Positions 19,376 through 27,945 of a stretch of DNA of 47,869 bases are shown here, in pieces. This DNA is from a virus (Duplodnaviria; Caudoviricetes), in the IMG/VR virus record IMGVR_UViG_3300020045_008030, positions 1-47,869 of that record, one strand, 5' to 3'. The position numbers were made by a program, and so were the translations under genes. Each line of letters opens with the position of its first letter. Position 1 is the first letter of the stretch. The notes beneath the pieces were generated by a model. The model was given only the letters and a program-made list of their open reading frames with translations, was not told the origin of the DNA and made no database searches.

Positions 19376-21958
19376 ATGGCTTGGGAATCCCTAAAAAATG
19401 CTGTTTTGGATGTAATAAAAGCAAATGGCAGCAACCAAATAACAGGACCAGTATTACAAGAAACGCTTGTTTCAATTATCAACAATTTAGGCAATGATTG
19501 TTCTTTTGTTGGAGTAGCAACCACTACAACAGTTCCGAGCAATCCAGACGGAAAAGTGTTCTATTTAGCATCCACAGTTGGAACATATTCAAACTTTGCT
19601 TCATTGACAGTAGCAAATGGCGAAATTGCAATTCTAACAAATAGAACAGGTTCTTGGACAAAACAAGTACTTAGCATTACCTTGTCAGATGGATTTGTTA
19701 CAACTGATAAATTGGCGGACAATTCTGTAAGCACATCAAAAATCATTGATGGTGCAATTACTACTAATAAAATTGCAATTAATGCTATAACAGAAAGCAA
19801 AATTGCGGATAATCAAATAACTAATAAAAAAATACAAACATGGGTTTTAAATAACTTTGTATTTAATAAAGGTTTGGATTTCCGTACTGGCGAAATTGAG
19901 GCATTAAAGGTGTTGAAAAACATTCGGATAGAATGTGCAACGGCTAATTTGAGCGATGTATGGGTAGTGAAAGCTTTCACGAAAAATTTTACTACGGGAT
20001 TTGAGAACTATATCGAACTCCGAAATACTCGTACTAATACGGGTGTTTCTCGCAATTTTTCTGTAGCAGAACTTACAGCAGGTTACGCAGATATTTCGCT
20101 TAATAGTATATCGGGCTATGCGAATATGTTTGCTCGCATCTGGTTCGATTATTCGCAAACAACACAAACGGGATTGCTTATAAGCAGTAGCGATACAAGT
20201 AATATTGCTATTGTTCCCGTTACGGTTGCAGACCTTACAGCTAATACGGCGAACATTGCTACTAATACTGCGAACATTGCGTCTAATACTGCTAACATTA
20301 CGGCAAATGCTCTTCGTATTAATACCCTTAATCCTTATGTTCTTAATAGAGATGCAACATTTCGCACAGGCGAAATAGAAGCACTCAAAGTGCTGAAAAA
20401 CATCCGTATTGAATGTGCAACGGCTAATCTATCTGACGTTTGGGTTGTACGTGCGTTCACAAAAAATTGGACAACTACGGGATCAGAAAATCTAATTGAC
20501 CTTAGAAATACTCGTACAGGAACGGGTGTTTCTCGCAATTTTTCTGTAGCAGAACTTACAGCAGGTTACGCAGATATTTCGCTTAATAGTATATCGGGCT
20601 ATGCGAATATGTTCGCACGAATTTGGTTCGATTATTCGCAAACAACTCAGACGGGCTTATTAATTAGTAGTAGCGATACAAGTAATATCGCTATTGTTCC
20701 CGTTACGGTTGCAGACCTTACAGCTAATACGGCGAACATTGCTACATTACAGACAGCTACTACACAAAATACAGCAGACCTAAGCACTATGAAAAAAACA
20801 ACTTATGCAGTAGTTACAGGTACAGCAGCATCAGAACCAGGGTTCTATTTTCAGTCAACAGGTGTTTGGACTCCTTACGCAGGCTACCTGACGATTCTGT
20901 ACGATGTAAGTACTATTACAGCTAATATATATGCAACTGCAAGCAAAATAAATGGGACAGGGACTGCATTAGCGGTATATTTCGATGCCTCTATGAACCG
21001 ATTAGGAATGCAGTTTCAGGGTACTACAAGTAATGTAGCATATACAAGACAATTGCTTACAAGACCTACTAATACGAAGTATGTTGCATTGTGTAATTTT
21101 TCTTCGACAGAATATCCTTATCTCGAACAAGCAGTACAAACGCTTGTAGATGTTGTTACACTTGAAGCGAAAGTACTTACAGCAGAATCTAATATTGCTA
21201 CGATTTCTTCTCGAAATCAACACGGAGGGAAGAAAATTGTTTGGTTAGGGACATCTGTTCCGTTCGGGCAAAATTCTACAAAATCGTATGCTCAAGAAGC
21301 AGCAACAAAATTAGGATTTACGCTCGTGAATGCAAGTGTACCTGGACAAGCGATTCACGCTGACAATATTTCGGGGGTAATTACACCAAAAACCTACGGC
21401 TCTACAGTTTGTTCTAAGGCAGAATATGCCGCAGCAGACTGGACGATACAATCTGCACCAGTTACGCCTTATGTGCCGGGTGGAAGCTACAACAATTATT
21501 ACCGAACTTGGGAAAACATTTTCACTCCCGAAAATGCAGATGCAAGCTTGTGGGTTTTTGATGTTGCTCCCAACAATGCAGACTTTAGCCTAACAGACTG
21601 GAACGCATTCAATAAGTCGGCATGGGCTTATACAGACGGTAGTAGCTTTGCATCTCATCGTACCACATTTTATGGTGCAATTTTATTCTTAATGGACAAA
21701 ATGTATGCACTTAATCCGAATGCCCGTATGGTATTTGTGTTAGGTTCAGATTTTGCTTACGTAAATGGAAAGGCAGCTTTTGAAACCATAGCGGCACAAT
21801 GGAGCATACCCATTATCGACGTTTGGAAAAAAATTAATAAGACTTCAAAATCCCTTGAAGTAATAAAAAGCTTGGGTGGAACAGACTGGCATCCGAGTAC
21901 TTTTGCACATCAGAAATTAGGAGAGATTATTACGAATGAATTATTATTAATATCATAA
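19376..21958 (+). CDS. Tail fibre/spike with C-terminal SGNH/GDSL esterase domain
   Basis: N-terminal anchor, VTTDKLAD repeats, TANIA coiled-coil heptads; WLGTS block I, N-S-PG block II, DWHPS..H block V. Confidence 0.75.
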   Translation: MAWESLKNAVLDVIKANGSNQITGPVLQETLVSIINNLGNDCSFVGVATTTTVPSNPDGKVFYLASTVGTYSNFASLTVANGEIAILTNRTGSWTKQVLSITLSDGFVTTDKLADNSVSTSKIIDGAITTNKIAINAITESKIADNQITNKKIQTWVLNNFVFNKGLDFRTGEIEALKVLKNIRIECATANLSDVWVVKAFTKNFTTGFENYIELRNTRTNTGVSRNFSVAELTAGYADISLNSISGYANMFARIWFDYSQTTQTGLLISSSDTSNIAIVPVTVADLTANTANIATNTANIASNTANITANALRINTLNPYVLNRDATFRTGEIEALKVLKNIRIECATANLSDVWVVRAFTKNWTTTGSENLIDLRNTRTGTGVSRNFSVAELTAGYADISLNSISGYANMFARIWFDYSQTTQTGLLISSSDTSNIAIVPVTVADLTANTANIATLQTATTQNTADLSTMKKTTYAVVTGTAASEPGFYFQSTGVWTPYAGYLTILYDVSTITANIYATASKINGTGTALAVYFDASMNRLGMQFQGTTSNVAYTRQLLTRPTNTKYVALCNFSSTEYPYLEQAVQTLVDVVTLEAKVLTAESNIATISSRNQHGGKKIVWLGTSVPFGQNSTKSYAQEAATKLGFTLVNASVPGQAIHADNISGVITPKTYGSTVCSKAEYAAADWTIQSAPVTPYVPGGSYNNYYRTWENIFTPENADASLWVFDVAPNNADFSLTDWNAFNKSAWAYTDGSSFASHRTTFYGAILFLMDKMYALNPNARMVFVLGSDFAYVNGKAAFETIAAQWSIPIIDVWKKINKTSKSLEVIKSLGGTDWHPSTFAHQKLGEIITNELLLIS
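19880..20745 (+). repeat. Tandem duplication of a ~128-aa tail spike domain (~19880-20263 and ~20360-20745)
   Basis: FRTGEIEALKVLKNIRIECATAN...DLTANTANIA occurs twice. Confidence 0.9.
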
Positions 21959-22455
21959 TGGAAAAAATAAACATTGAAAATTTACGCATAGTATTTGCCA
22001 CATTGGCAAGTACTATGCTTGCTTATGTGATACCTACAAAAGGCTTTATTTTAGCTCTTTGTGTAATGTTTGCATTTAATATTTGGGCAGGAATGCGAGC
22101 CGACGGTGTCATTATTGTAAGATGCCAAAACTATTCACATTCTAAGTTTAGGAATGCTCTAATTGAGCTGTTTTTATACATTGCCATAGTCCAAATTGTT
22201 CATCTTGTAATGATTTCAATAGGCGATAAGGACGAAGCATTCATCGTGATAAAAACCCTTACTTATGTTTTTATTTACGTTTACTTCCAGAATAGTTTTA
22301 AAAATTTAATTATTGCCTATCCGACCAATAAGGCTTATAGGATAGTCTATCATATTATCAGAATGGAAATAGCAAGGGCAATGCCTTCACATATTCAAGA
22401 AATTATTAACCGAGTAGAAAACAATCAAAAGGATGAAAGTAGTAATATTAGATAA
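21958..22455 (+). CDS. Holin
   Basis: Several transmembrane segments; overlaps the endolysin start. Confidence 0.7.
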   Translation: MEKINIENLRIVFATLASTMLAYVIPTKGFILALCVMFAFNIWAGMRADGVIIVRCQNYSHSKFRNALIELFLYIAIVQIVHLVMISIGDKDEAFIVIKTLTYVFIYVYFQNSFKNLIIAYPTNKAYRIVYHIIRMEIARAMPSHIQEIINRVENNQKDESSNIR

Positions 22456-23014
22456 TGGACACGGCAAAAACACGCCAGGGAAGCGTTCGCCAATTTGGTC
22501 AGACAAAACTCAATTATTTGAATATGAGTTTAATCGTGACATTTGTTCAAGGATAGCAAAGCTTTGCGAAAAAGAAGGTATCATTTCAATTTTCCTCGTT
22601 CCAGAATTGTTTGATATTCCATTATCAGAGCGTTGCCACCGAGCAAATGAAATCAATAAAAAGTTTAGAAATGAATGTTTTTTGATTTCTGTTCACGCAA
22701 ACGCTGGTGGAGGTTCTGGATGGGAATGTTTCACAACGATAGGAAAAACAAAATCAGATGAGTTAGCGAGCCTATTTTGTGATGCGGCTATTGAAATATT
22801 CCCTAATGAAAAGATGCGTTTTGACTATACAGATAAAGACCCAGACAAGGAGGAACAATTTTATATTTTGAAAAACACAGATTGCCCAGCTATTTTGACA
22901 GAAAATTTCTTCATGGACAATGAAAAAGATTGCCGTTTGATTATGTCAGAAGAAGGAAGGCAAAAAGTTGCAGAACTTCACTTCAAGGCAATTCAAAAAA
23001 TCATAAAAAAATGA
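22433..23014 (+). CDS. Endolysin, N-acetylmuramoyl-L-alanine amidase (Amidase_3)
   Basis: ILDNGHG, E, ISVHAN and PAILTENFFMDN zinc-amidase motifs. Confidence 0.93.
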   Translation: MKVVILDNGHGKNTPGKRSPIWSDKTQLFEYEFNRDICSRIAKLCEKEGIISIFLVPELFDIPLSERCHRANEINKKFRNECFLISVHANAGGGSGWECFTTIGKTKSDELASLFCDAAIEIFPNEKMRFDYTDKDPDKEEQFYILKNTDCPAILTENFFMDNEKDCRLIMSEEGRQKVAELHFKAIQKIIKK

Positions 23015-23604
23015 AAAACACATTTTTTTCAATAGGAATCATCTTATTTTTACTTGCAATTTGCTTTTTTACTTATCGTGAATTTGAAAAACTCAAGGAA
23101 GAACGAGACTTGTACAAATCAAATACAAGCGTTCTGATGCAAGATAATTATAAATATAAAGTATCTGATAGCTTAAACGCTTCGAGTGTCTCAGCGTTAA
23201 GACTTTCAATGTCAGAACTGATAAAATACAAGAAGTCTGAGTACGATTTGATTAAAAATCTAAATATCAAAGGTAGAAATGTTGAATCAGTAGTTTCTGC
23301 GAGTTCGGCAACTGAAAGTAAAATAAATGCCATTGCCAAAGATTCAGTAAATAAAAGTGATACGCTCCGATGTTTTGATGTAAAAACCAAGTGGTATGAT
23401 TTTTCTGGATGCTATAAAGAAGATAAGTTTTCGGGCTTAATTGTTAATAGGGATTCTTTAGTTGTTGTTGAATCCGTAAAACTAAAGCGGTTCTTAGGAT
23501 TTCTTTGGAAAACAAAAAAAGTAAAAGCCCGAAAGATTGACATTGTAAGCAAAAACCCCAACACAAAAATATTAGGGCTTGAGTTTATAAAGATAATTGA
23601 TTAG
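23011..23604 (+). CDS. Lysis-associated membrane protein (spanin-like)
   Basis: ATGA overlap with the amidase stop; N-terminal TM followed by coiled coil; KRFLGFLW near the C-terminus. Confidence 0.5.
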   Translation: MKNTFFSIGIILFLLAICFFTYREFEKLKEERDLYKSNTSVLMQDNYKYKVSDSLNASSVSALRLSMSELIKYKKSEYDLIKNLNIKGRNVESVVSASSATESKINAIAKDSVNKSDTLRCFDVKTKWYDFSGCYKEDKFSGLIVNRDSLVVVESVKLKRFLGFLWKTKKVKARKIDIVSKNPNTKILGLEFIKIID

Positions 23605-23623
23605 TACGTTGCCATTATATTTT

Positions 23624-23653
23624 AAAGGGTATCGTTTTGCGATGCCTTTTTTT
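23624..23653 (+). terminator. Terminator of late operon
   Basis: AAAGGGTATCG-TTTTG-CGATGCCTTTTTTT. Confidence 0.8.
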
Positions 23654-23656
23654 ATT

Positions 23657-23760
23657 AAAAAACTAAAAATAAAAACAATATCCTTTGTAATTAAATAAAT
23701 TACTTTTATGTTTGCATAGGAAATGAGAACAACCGTGTTCTCAGTAAAACAAGTAGAGCG
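23657..23760 (+). promoter_or_regulatory. Early promoter module plus leader hairpin
   Basis: TTTG 23684-87, N19, TATGTTTG 23707-14; GAGAAC-AACCGT-GTTCTC hairpin; AGTAGAGCG before the ATG. Confidence 0.8.
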
Positions 23761-24054
23761 ATGAAAAAAACAATTATTGAATCATGTCAAATATCATTTT
23801 CAAAAATAAATTTAGGTATTGAAAAAGAAGAATATACCAATGAGTATTTAGGTGTAAAACTTGGATATAGGGCTTTAAAATGGGAATATCTCATAAATGG
23901 TAAAACTTACCATGTAAAAAGCCATACAACTTTTAAAAAATCACTTAAAAACTCAAATTGTCACATATCAAGAATTACAAAACTTATTTACGATGGCATT
24001 GAGTTTGAAGACAATGACAAAAAATTAATTTCTTTTATTCTAAAAAACAAGTAG
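23761..24054 (+). CDS. Hypothetical early protein
   Basis: 97 aa, first gene after the promoter. Confidence 0.7.
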   Translation: MKKTIIESCQISFSKINLGIEKEEYTNEYLGVKLGYRALKWEYLINGKTYHVKSHTTFKKSLKNSNCHISRITKLIYDGIEFEDNDKKLISFILKNK

Positions 24055-24058
24055 AGCG

Positions 24059-24256
24059 ATGGAAAATACAATAAAGCAAAACGGAATGAACATTTTTATA
24101 GGAGAGCAAAGGAAAGCTTTTGCTCCTTATTATAGAGATGTTACAATAAGAAAGCAAATTGGAAACTTTGTAATAGTTTCCATAGGATTTGATTCTAAAG
24201 GAAATGATATTACAACTATGATTGATATTTGTGATGTATTGCCAAGGCAATTATAA
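24059..24256 (+). CDS. Hypothetical early protein
   Basis: 65 aa; same 18-nt start context as 23761. Confidence 0.7.
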   Translation: MENTIKQNGMNIFIGEQRKAFAPYYRDVTIRKQIGNFVIVSIGFDSKGNDITTMIDICDVLPRQL

Positions 24257-24288
24257 AAAGATAAATTCCCTTACTCTAAAAACAAATA

Positions 24289-24666
24289 ATGCAAAATCAA
24301 CTCAAACAAATATTCGTGCCAATTGAAATAGCGAAATTGGCACGACAAAAAGGTTTTGACCAATGGTGTGTTTGTAAGTTTGGAGACCATTTATGTTCTG
24401 GTCATGCTGAATTTTACGGGAATACTGATGGTGAAGGAACGTTTCTTTATGAGTATGACAATGGAATTGATGATAATCAAGATTTGTCAATTCCTACACA
24501 TACTCAATTAATCATGTGGCTTGTAGAACGTCACAGCATCGAAGTACAATTGCAAATGAACGGTTTATTTACCGTTTGTGATGCTATTGGTGGAACACTA
24601 TGGCTTGATGATGAAAATCATTTTGAAATTAATGACGCAATTTTTCACGCTTTAAATTTATTATGA
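24289..24666 (+). CDS. Hypothetical protein, paralog of 25297..25656
   Basis: VP..IAKLA..KGF...C and PTH.QLI.WL...H.I.V motifs. Confidence 0.75.
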   Translation: MQNQLKQIFVPIEIAKLARQKGFDQWCVCKFGDHLCSGHAEFYGNTDGEGTFLYEYDNGIDDNQDLSIPTHTQLIMWLVERHSIEVQLQMNGLFTVCDAIGGTLWLDDENHFEINDAIFHALNLL

Positions 24667-25139
24667 TAGTAACAATTAATACAGATGCCTCATTTTCAAA
24701 CAAATATAAAATAGGGTCATTTGCCTTTTGGATTGTTTCTGACAGGTTCAAGATTTTAAAGTCTGGAAAATTGAAAAACGAAATAAATCATTGTAGGATA
24801 GCTGAATATTTATGTATTTTAAATGCACTTTATTTACTGTCTAAAGAAGATTTGTCAGACGTTAAAAAGGTTATAGTAAATACTGATAATATGGATTGTG
24901 TTGATTGTATAAATAATAGGAATCAACGTTATTTTAAGAAATATTATTCAGATTTCAGAATGATAGTCAAGGGATTCCCAATCATTGAAGCACGTCACGT
25001 AAAAGCACATACGATGAAAAGCGATTCAAGAAGCTATGTCAATGAATGGTGTGATACTGAAGCTAAAAAATGGATTCACAAGATGATAAAAGAGATTAAT
25101 CCGCACGATGAATTTAATAACAATTATAAAAAAATATAA
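24663..25139 (+). CDS. Ribonuclease HI-like protein
   Basis: TDAS, AE, NTD, HVKAH and NEWCD catalytic pattern. Confidence 0.85.
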   Translation: MIVTINTDASFSNKYKIGSFAFWIVSDRFKILKSGKLKNEINHCRIAEYLCILNALYLLSKEDLSDVKKVIVNTDNMDCVDCINNRNQRYFKKYYSDFRMIVKGFPIIEARHVKAHTMKSDSRSYVNEWCDTEAKKWIHKMIKEINPHDEFNNNYKKI

Positions 25140-25141
25140 TT

Positions 25142-25300
25142 ATGGCAATCTTTTTAATTATTTGGGCAATGTTTTGCCTTTTTATTTTTTTGTTTATCGG
25201 AGGGGCCAATATGAAACCCAAAGAGAATATTCCTCCGCTCAAAATGCAAGAAACTGATTTACCACCAATCCCATACGAATTTTACTTAGAAGAATTATGA
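25142..25300 (+). CDS. Small membrane protein (52 aa, not in ORF track)
   Basis: MAIFLIIWAMFCLFIFLFIGG...; ATGA overlap with the next gene. Confidence 0.6.
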   Translation: MAIFLIIWAMFCLFIFLFIGGANMKPKENIPPLKMQETDLPPIPYEFYLEEL

Positions 25301-25656
25301 GAAAAGAACTTTTAAAAATATGTGTGCCTTTTGTTATTGCAAAATTAGCATACGAAAAAGGCTTTAAGGAACTATGTGTTTTCGGAGTGAATGAAGAAGA
25401 GCATTTTCCAATTGTAGATTCAGACGAAGAGTTTTTGTTTGAATATTTTGAGAAGCAAGATGATATTGAGGTTTATTATTGCCCAACTCATTTGCAGTTA
25501 ATTGATTGGCTTAATAAAACCCATGACATTCAAGTTTCATTAAAAGTAAATGGCTTATGGAGAGTTATTGCACCTTCTGGATATACTCTTTTCAAGGAGC
25601 ATATAACTGAATTTGAGGTTAATGATGCTATTTTTCTTGCCTTAAATTCAATTTAA
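25297..25656 (+). CDS. Hypothetical protein, paralog of 24289..24666
   Basis: Shared motifs, including the C-terminal FE.NDAIF.ALN. Confidence 0.75.
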   Translation: MRKELLKICVPFVIAKLAYEKGFKELCVFGVNEEEHFPIVDSDEEFLFEYFEKQDDIEVYYCPTHLQLIDWLNKTHDIQVSLKVNGLWRVIAPSGYTLFKEHITEFEVNDAIFLALNSI

Positions 25657-25694
25657 AAGGAAACCCCAACGGTGTGCAGTCCGTTGGGGTTTTT
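25655..25694. terminator. Bidirectional intrinsic terminator
   Basis: 12-bp perfect stem AAACCCCAACGG/CCGTTGGGGTTT with T tracts on both strands. Confidence 0.85.
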
Positions 25695-25726
25695 CGCAAT
25701 AACCGAGAGCGATGGACATTTGCGAT
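25655..25726 (-). ncRNA. Candidate ~70-nt regulatory small RNA (seed hairpin plus terminator)
   Basis: Own minus-strand promoter; UCGCAA/UUGCGA stem exposing AUCGCUCUC, complementary to the start-codon motif of several genes. Confidence 0.65.
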
Positions 25727-25729
25727 GCA

Positions 25730-25760
25730 CAAAATTACAGCAATTCAATTATTCTCCAAA
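25730..25760 (-). promoter_or_regulatory. Leftward promoter for the small RNA
   Basis: Minus strand TTTG (25760-57), N19, TAATTTTG (25737-30). Confidence 0.7.
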
Positions 25761-25800
25761 TTAAATTTCAAATATTTATCCTTATTTAAAAGCAAAATTC

Positions 25801-25831
25801 TTTGGTTTTTAAATAAAGTTTTATAATTTTG
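25801..25831 (+). promoter_or_regulatory. Rightward promoter of middle operon
   Basis: TTTG 25801-04, N19, TAATTTTG 25824-31. Confidence 0.75.
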
Positions 25832-25853
25832 TAAAAATAAATCAGCGAAAAAA

Positions 25854-26027
25854 ATGTCGGATACTTGCAAAGAGTGTGGAAATCCTATGGAGGTTACAGA
25901 TGGAGAATACAAAGAAACTGGAATCTATGGAGAAGAACCAGAAGTAATAACCCTTTGGGAGGAACGTACTTGCACGGTATGCGGACATTTTGAAAGCACA
26001 GAACCAGAATACAATGGGAAACTTTAG
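25854..26027 (+). CDS. Small zinc-ribbon protein (57 aa, not in ORF track)
   Basis: MSDTCKECGNPM...CTVCGHFES, two CxxC pairs. Confidence 0.65.
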   Translation: MSDTCKECGNPMEVTDGEYKETGIYGEEPEVITLWEERTCTVCGHFESTEPEYNGKL

Positions 26028-26250
26028 ATTAAAAGAAGCGATTGCCCGTTCGGAAATGAAGGGCAAAAAAGTCTTGAAGCAAGATATTTCTTCAAGACTA
26101 TGGAAGGATTCTTCCAAAGCTGCACAACAAGTAAATATGTCAAGCTTATTGAATGGCAGCCAAAAAAAGATTTCGCCTGAGTGGGTACCAATCATTTGCG
26201 AAATGCTAAATTGTTCGGCGGACTTCTTATTTGGTTTAAAAGATGAGTAA
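26014..26250 (+). CDS. Cro/XRE-like helix-turn-helix regulator
   Basis: 78 aa; ends ICEMLNCSADFLFG, a typical XRE C-terminus; no peptidase domain. Confidence 0.7.
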   Translation: MGNFRLKEAIARSEMKGKKVLKQDISSRLWKDSSKAAQQVNMSSLLNGSQKKISPEWVPIICEMLNCSADFLFGLKDE

Positions 26251-26428
26251 GAAAAATTTATTTTCTGAAATAATGGAAGTGTTTTTTTCAGACTCCTTTA
26301 CTCAAAAATTTACAATTGGTTTTTTTGGAGTATTAGGAATTTTTTCTTTAGTAGGTTCTTTTTGGAATCCGTGGCAATTAGTAATTGCAATTTTGTCTTC
26401 ATTAATAATTTATTCATTTAAAAAGTAA
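26243..26428 (+). CDS. Small membrane protein
   Basis: 61 aa, two hydrophobic segments. Confidence 0.65.
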   Translation: MSKKNLFSEIMEVFFSDSFTQKFTIGFFGVLGIFSLVGSFWNPWQLVIAILSSLIIYSFKK

Positions 26429-26437
26429 AAAAGAGCG

Positions 26438-27688
26438 ATGGAAAAGTATTCATTTCAACAAGTAGAAGGAGCATTAAATAAAATTGACATTGAAGGTCAA
26501 AGTCCAGAAAAGATAAAAGACAAGCTATTTGAAGAGCTTGGTAAGTTGCCAAACTTCAATACATTTGAACAAAATCTTTTCAATGAACAAGTAGAGCAAG
26601 CCTCATTTGAGATTGTGCCAGGCATGACAGTTGAGGAAATGAAAAACCTCTTCTTTGATAGAGATGCCTTAATTGAACCTCCTTATAAGGTATTCCAACT
26701 CAATTCAAAAGGTCACAGATATTACTACAAATTCAACGAATTTGGAGAGCCTGAATTTTATCCTTCTACTACTACAATCATAAGCCAAACAGTCAGGCAG
26801 TCTCCGCACTTGGTTGAGTGGATTGCCAATAAAGGAGTTGAAGAGGCTGAAAGGTATAAGCAAGAACGTGCCAATTACGGTACATTCATGCACGCACAAT
26901 TTCAAGAGCTGCTTATCAATAAGTCTTACGACCTTGACAGCCTAAAAGGAAAGCTAAAATTATATATTGATGCTCAAAAATTGCCTTCTGATTTTATTAA
27001 TTATGCTGATGAGTTGAAAAAAGACGTTTTGGCATTTGCTCAATTTGTAATGGATTACGATGTCAAGCCATTGGCAATTGAAATTGCGTTAGTTCATCCT
27101 ACTTGGAAATATGCGGGAATGCTTGATTTGCCTTGCACAATGAAAGAAAAAATAGGTAGCAAGAATAGAATTAATGCTATCATAGATTTCAAGTCTGGAC
27201 GCAAGGGGTTTTATGAAGACCACGAAATTCAATTGCATCTTTACAAGGAGCTTTGGAACGTAAATTTCAATCATTTAAAGATTGATAGAGTTTTTAATTT
27301 TTCGCCAAAAGACTGGAGAAAAACGCCAACTTACAACCTTAAAGACCAAACTGAAAGCAAGAACGCTAAAAAAATACCTTTCTTACTGGAGCTTGCTACA
27401 ATTGAAAACGATAAAAAGGAAAACATTTTTGTCGCTACAAACGGGAAAATATCACTCGAAGGGAAAAGTGATTTATCTCAGAATATTATTTCTCTTACTC
27501 TTTCGGAGTTGATTAAGACAAAAGCCCCAAAAGACAAGTTTGAAACAAAGCCAAAAATTGATTTTTCTGTTATTCCAGGCATTCAACTGACTGAAACGCA
27601 AAAACTTACGCCAGAAATGCCAGAACCGAAAATTGATGTAAAAAAAGATGACAAAAGAAATCTTCTAAAAGACGACCCAGAAGTATGA
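26438..27688 (+). CDS. PD-(D/E)XK exonuclease (recombination)
   Basis: PSTTTII, GTFMH, YAGMLD, IIDFKSG and QLHLY motifs. Confidence 0.8.
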   Translation: MEKYSFQQVEGALNKIDIEGQSPEKIKDKLFEELGKLPNFNTFEQNLFNEQVEQASFEIVPGMTVEEMKNLFFDRDALIEPPYKVFQLNSKGHRYYYKFNEFGEPEFYPSTTTIISQTVRQSPHLVEWIANKGVEEAERYKQERANYGTFMHAQFQELLINKSYDLDSLKGKLKLYIDAQKLPSDFINYADELKKDVLAFAQFVMDYDVKPLAIEIALVHPTWKYAGMLDLPCTMKEKIGSKNRINAIIDFKSGRKGFYEDHEIQLHLYKELWNVNFNHLKIDRVFNFSPKDWRKTPTYNLKDQTESKNAKKIPFLLELATIENDKKENIFVATNGKISLEGKSDLSQNIISLTLSELIKTKAPKDKFETKPKIDFSVIPGIQLTETQKLTPEMPEPKIDVKKDDKRNLLKDDPEV

Positions 27689-27945
27689 TAGAGAAAGAGA
27701 AGTTTTATTGTCGCTATAATGACAGAACTAAAATGCTTGACATTAAATATGAAAATCAAGAATACTCTTTTTTAGTAGACGATAATTTAAGCGGGTGTTG
27801 TGAAGTGATAAATATAATGAATGAAAAATTAACAATAATTTTTGTCTATTATAGAGATGAGCATCATGGATTGATTAATCATAAATATTTGAACTTAATA
27901 GACAGCAAAGGCAACTCGCTTTCTATAAACGTAGATTTAATATGA
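27685..27945 (+). CDS. Hypothetical protein
   Basis: 86 aa with ATGA overlaps on both sides. Confidence 0.65.
   Translation: MIEKEKFYCRYNDRTKMLDIKYENQEYSFLVDDNLSGCCEVINIMNEKLTIIFVYYRDEHHGLINHKYLNLIDSKGNSLSINVDLI

Noticed and set aside
19880-20745. Possible DGR template/variable repeat pair
   Set aside because: No reverse transcriptase in the window; differences are synonymous and not adenine-specific; both copies are in one ORF
25842-26195. Minus-strand 117-aa ORF as a CI-like repressor
   Set aside because: Antisense shadow of the zinc-ribbon and HTH genes; no HTH or peptidase features
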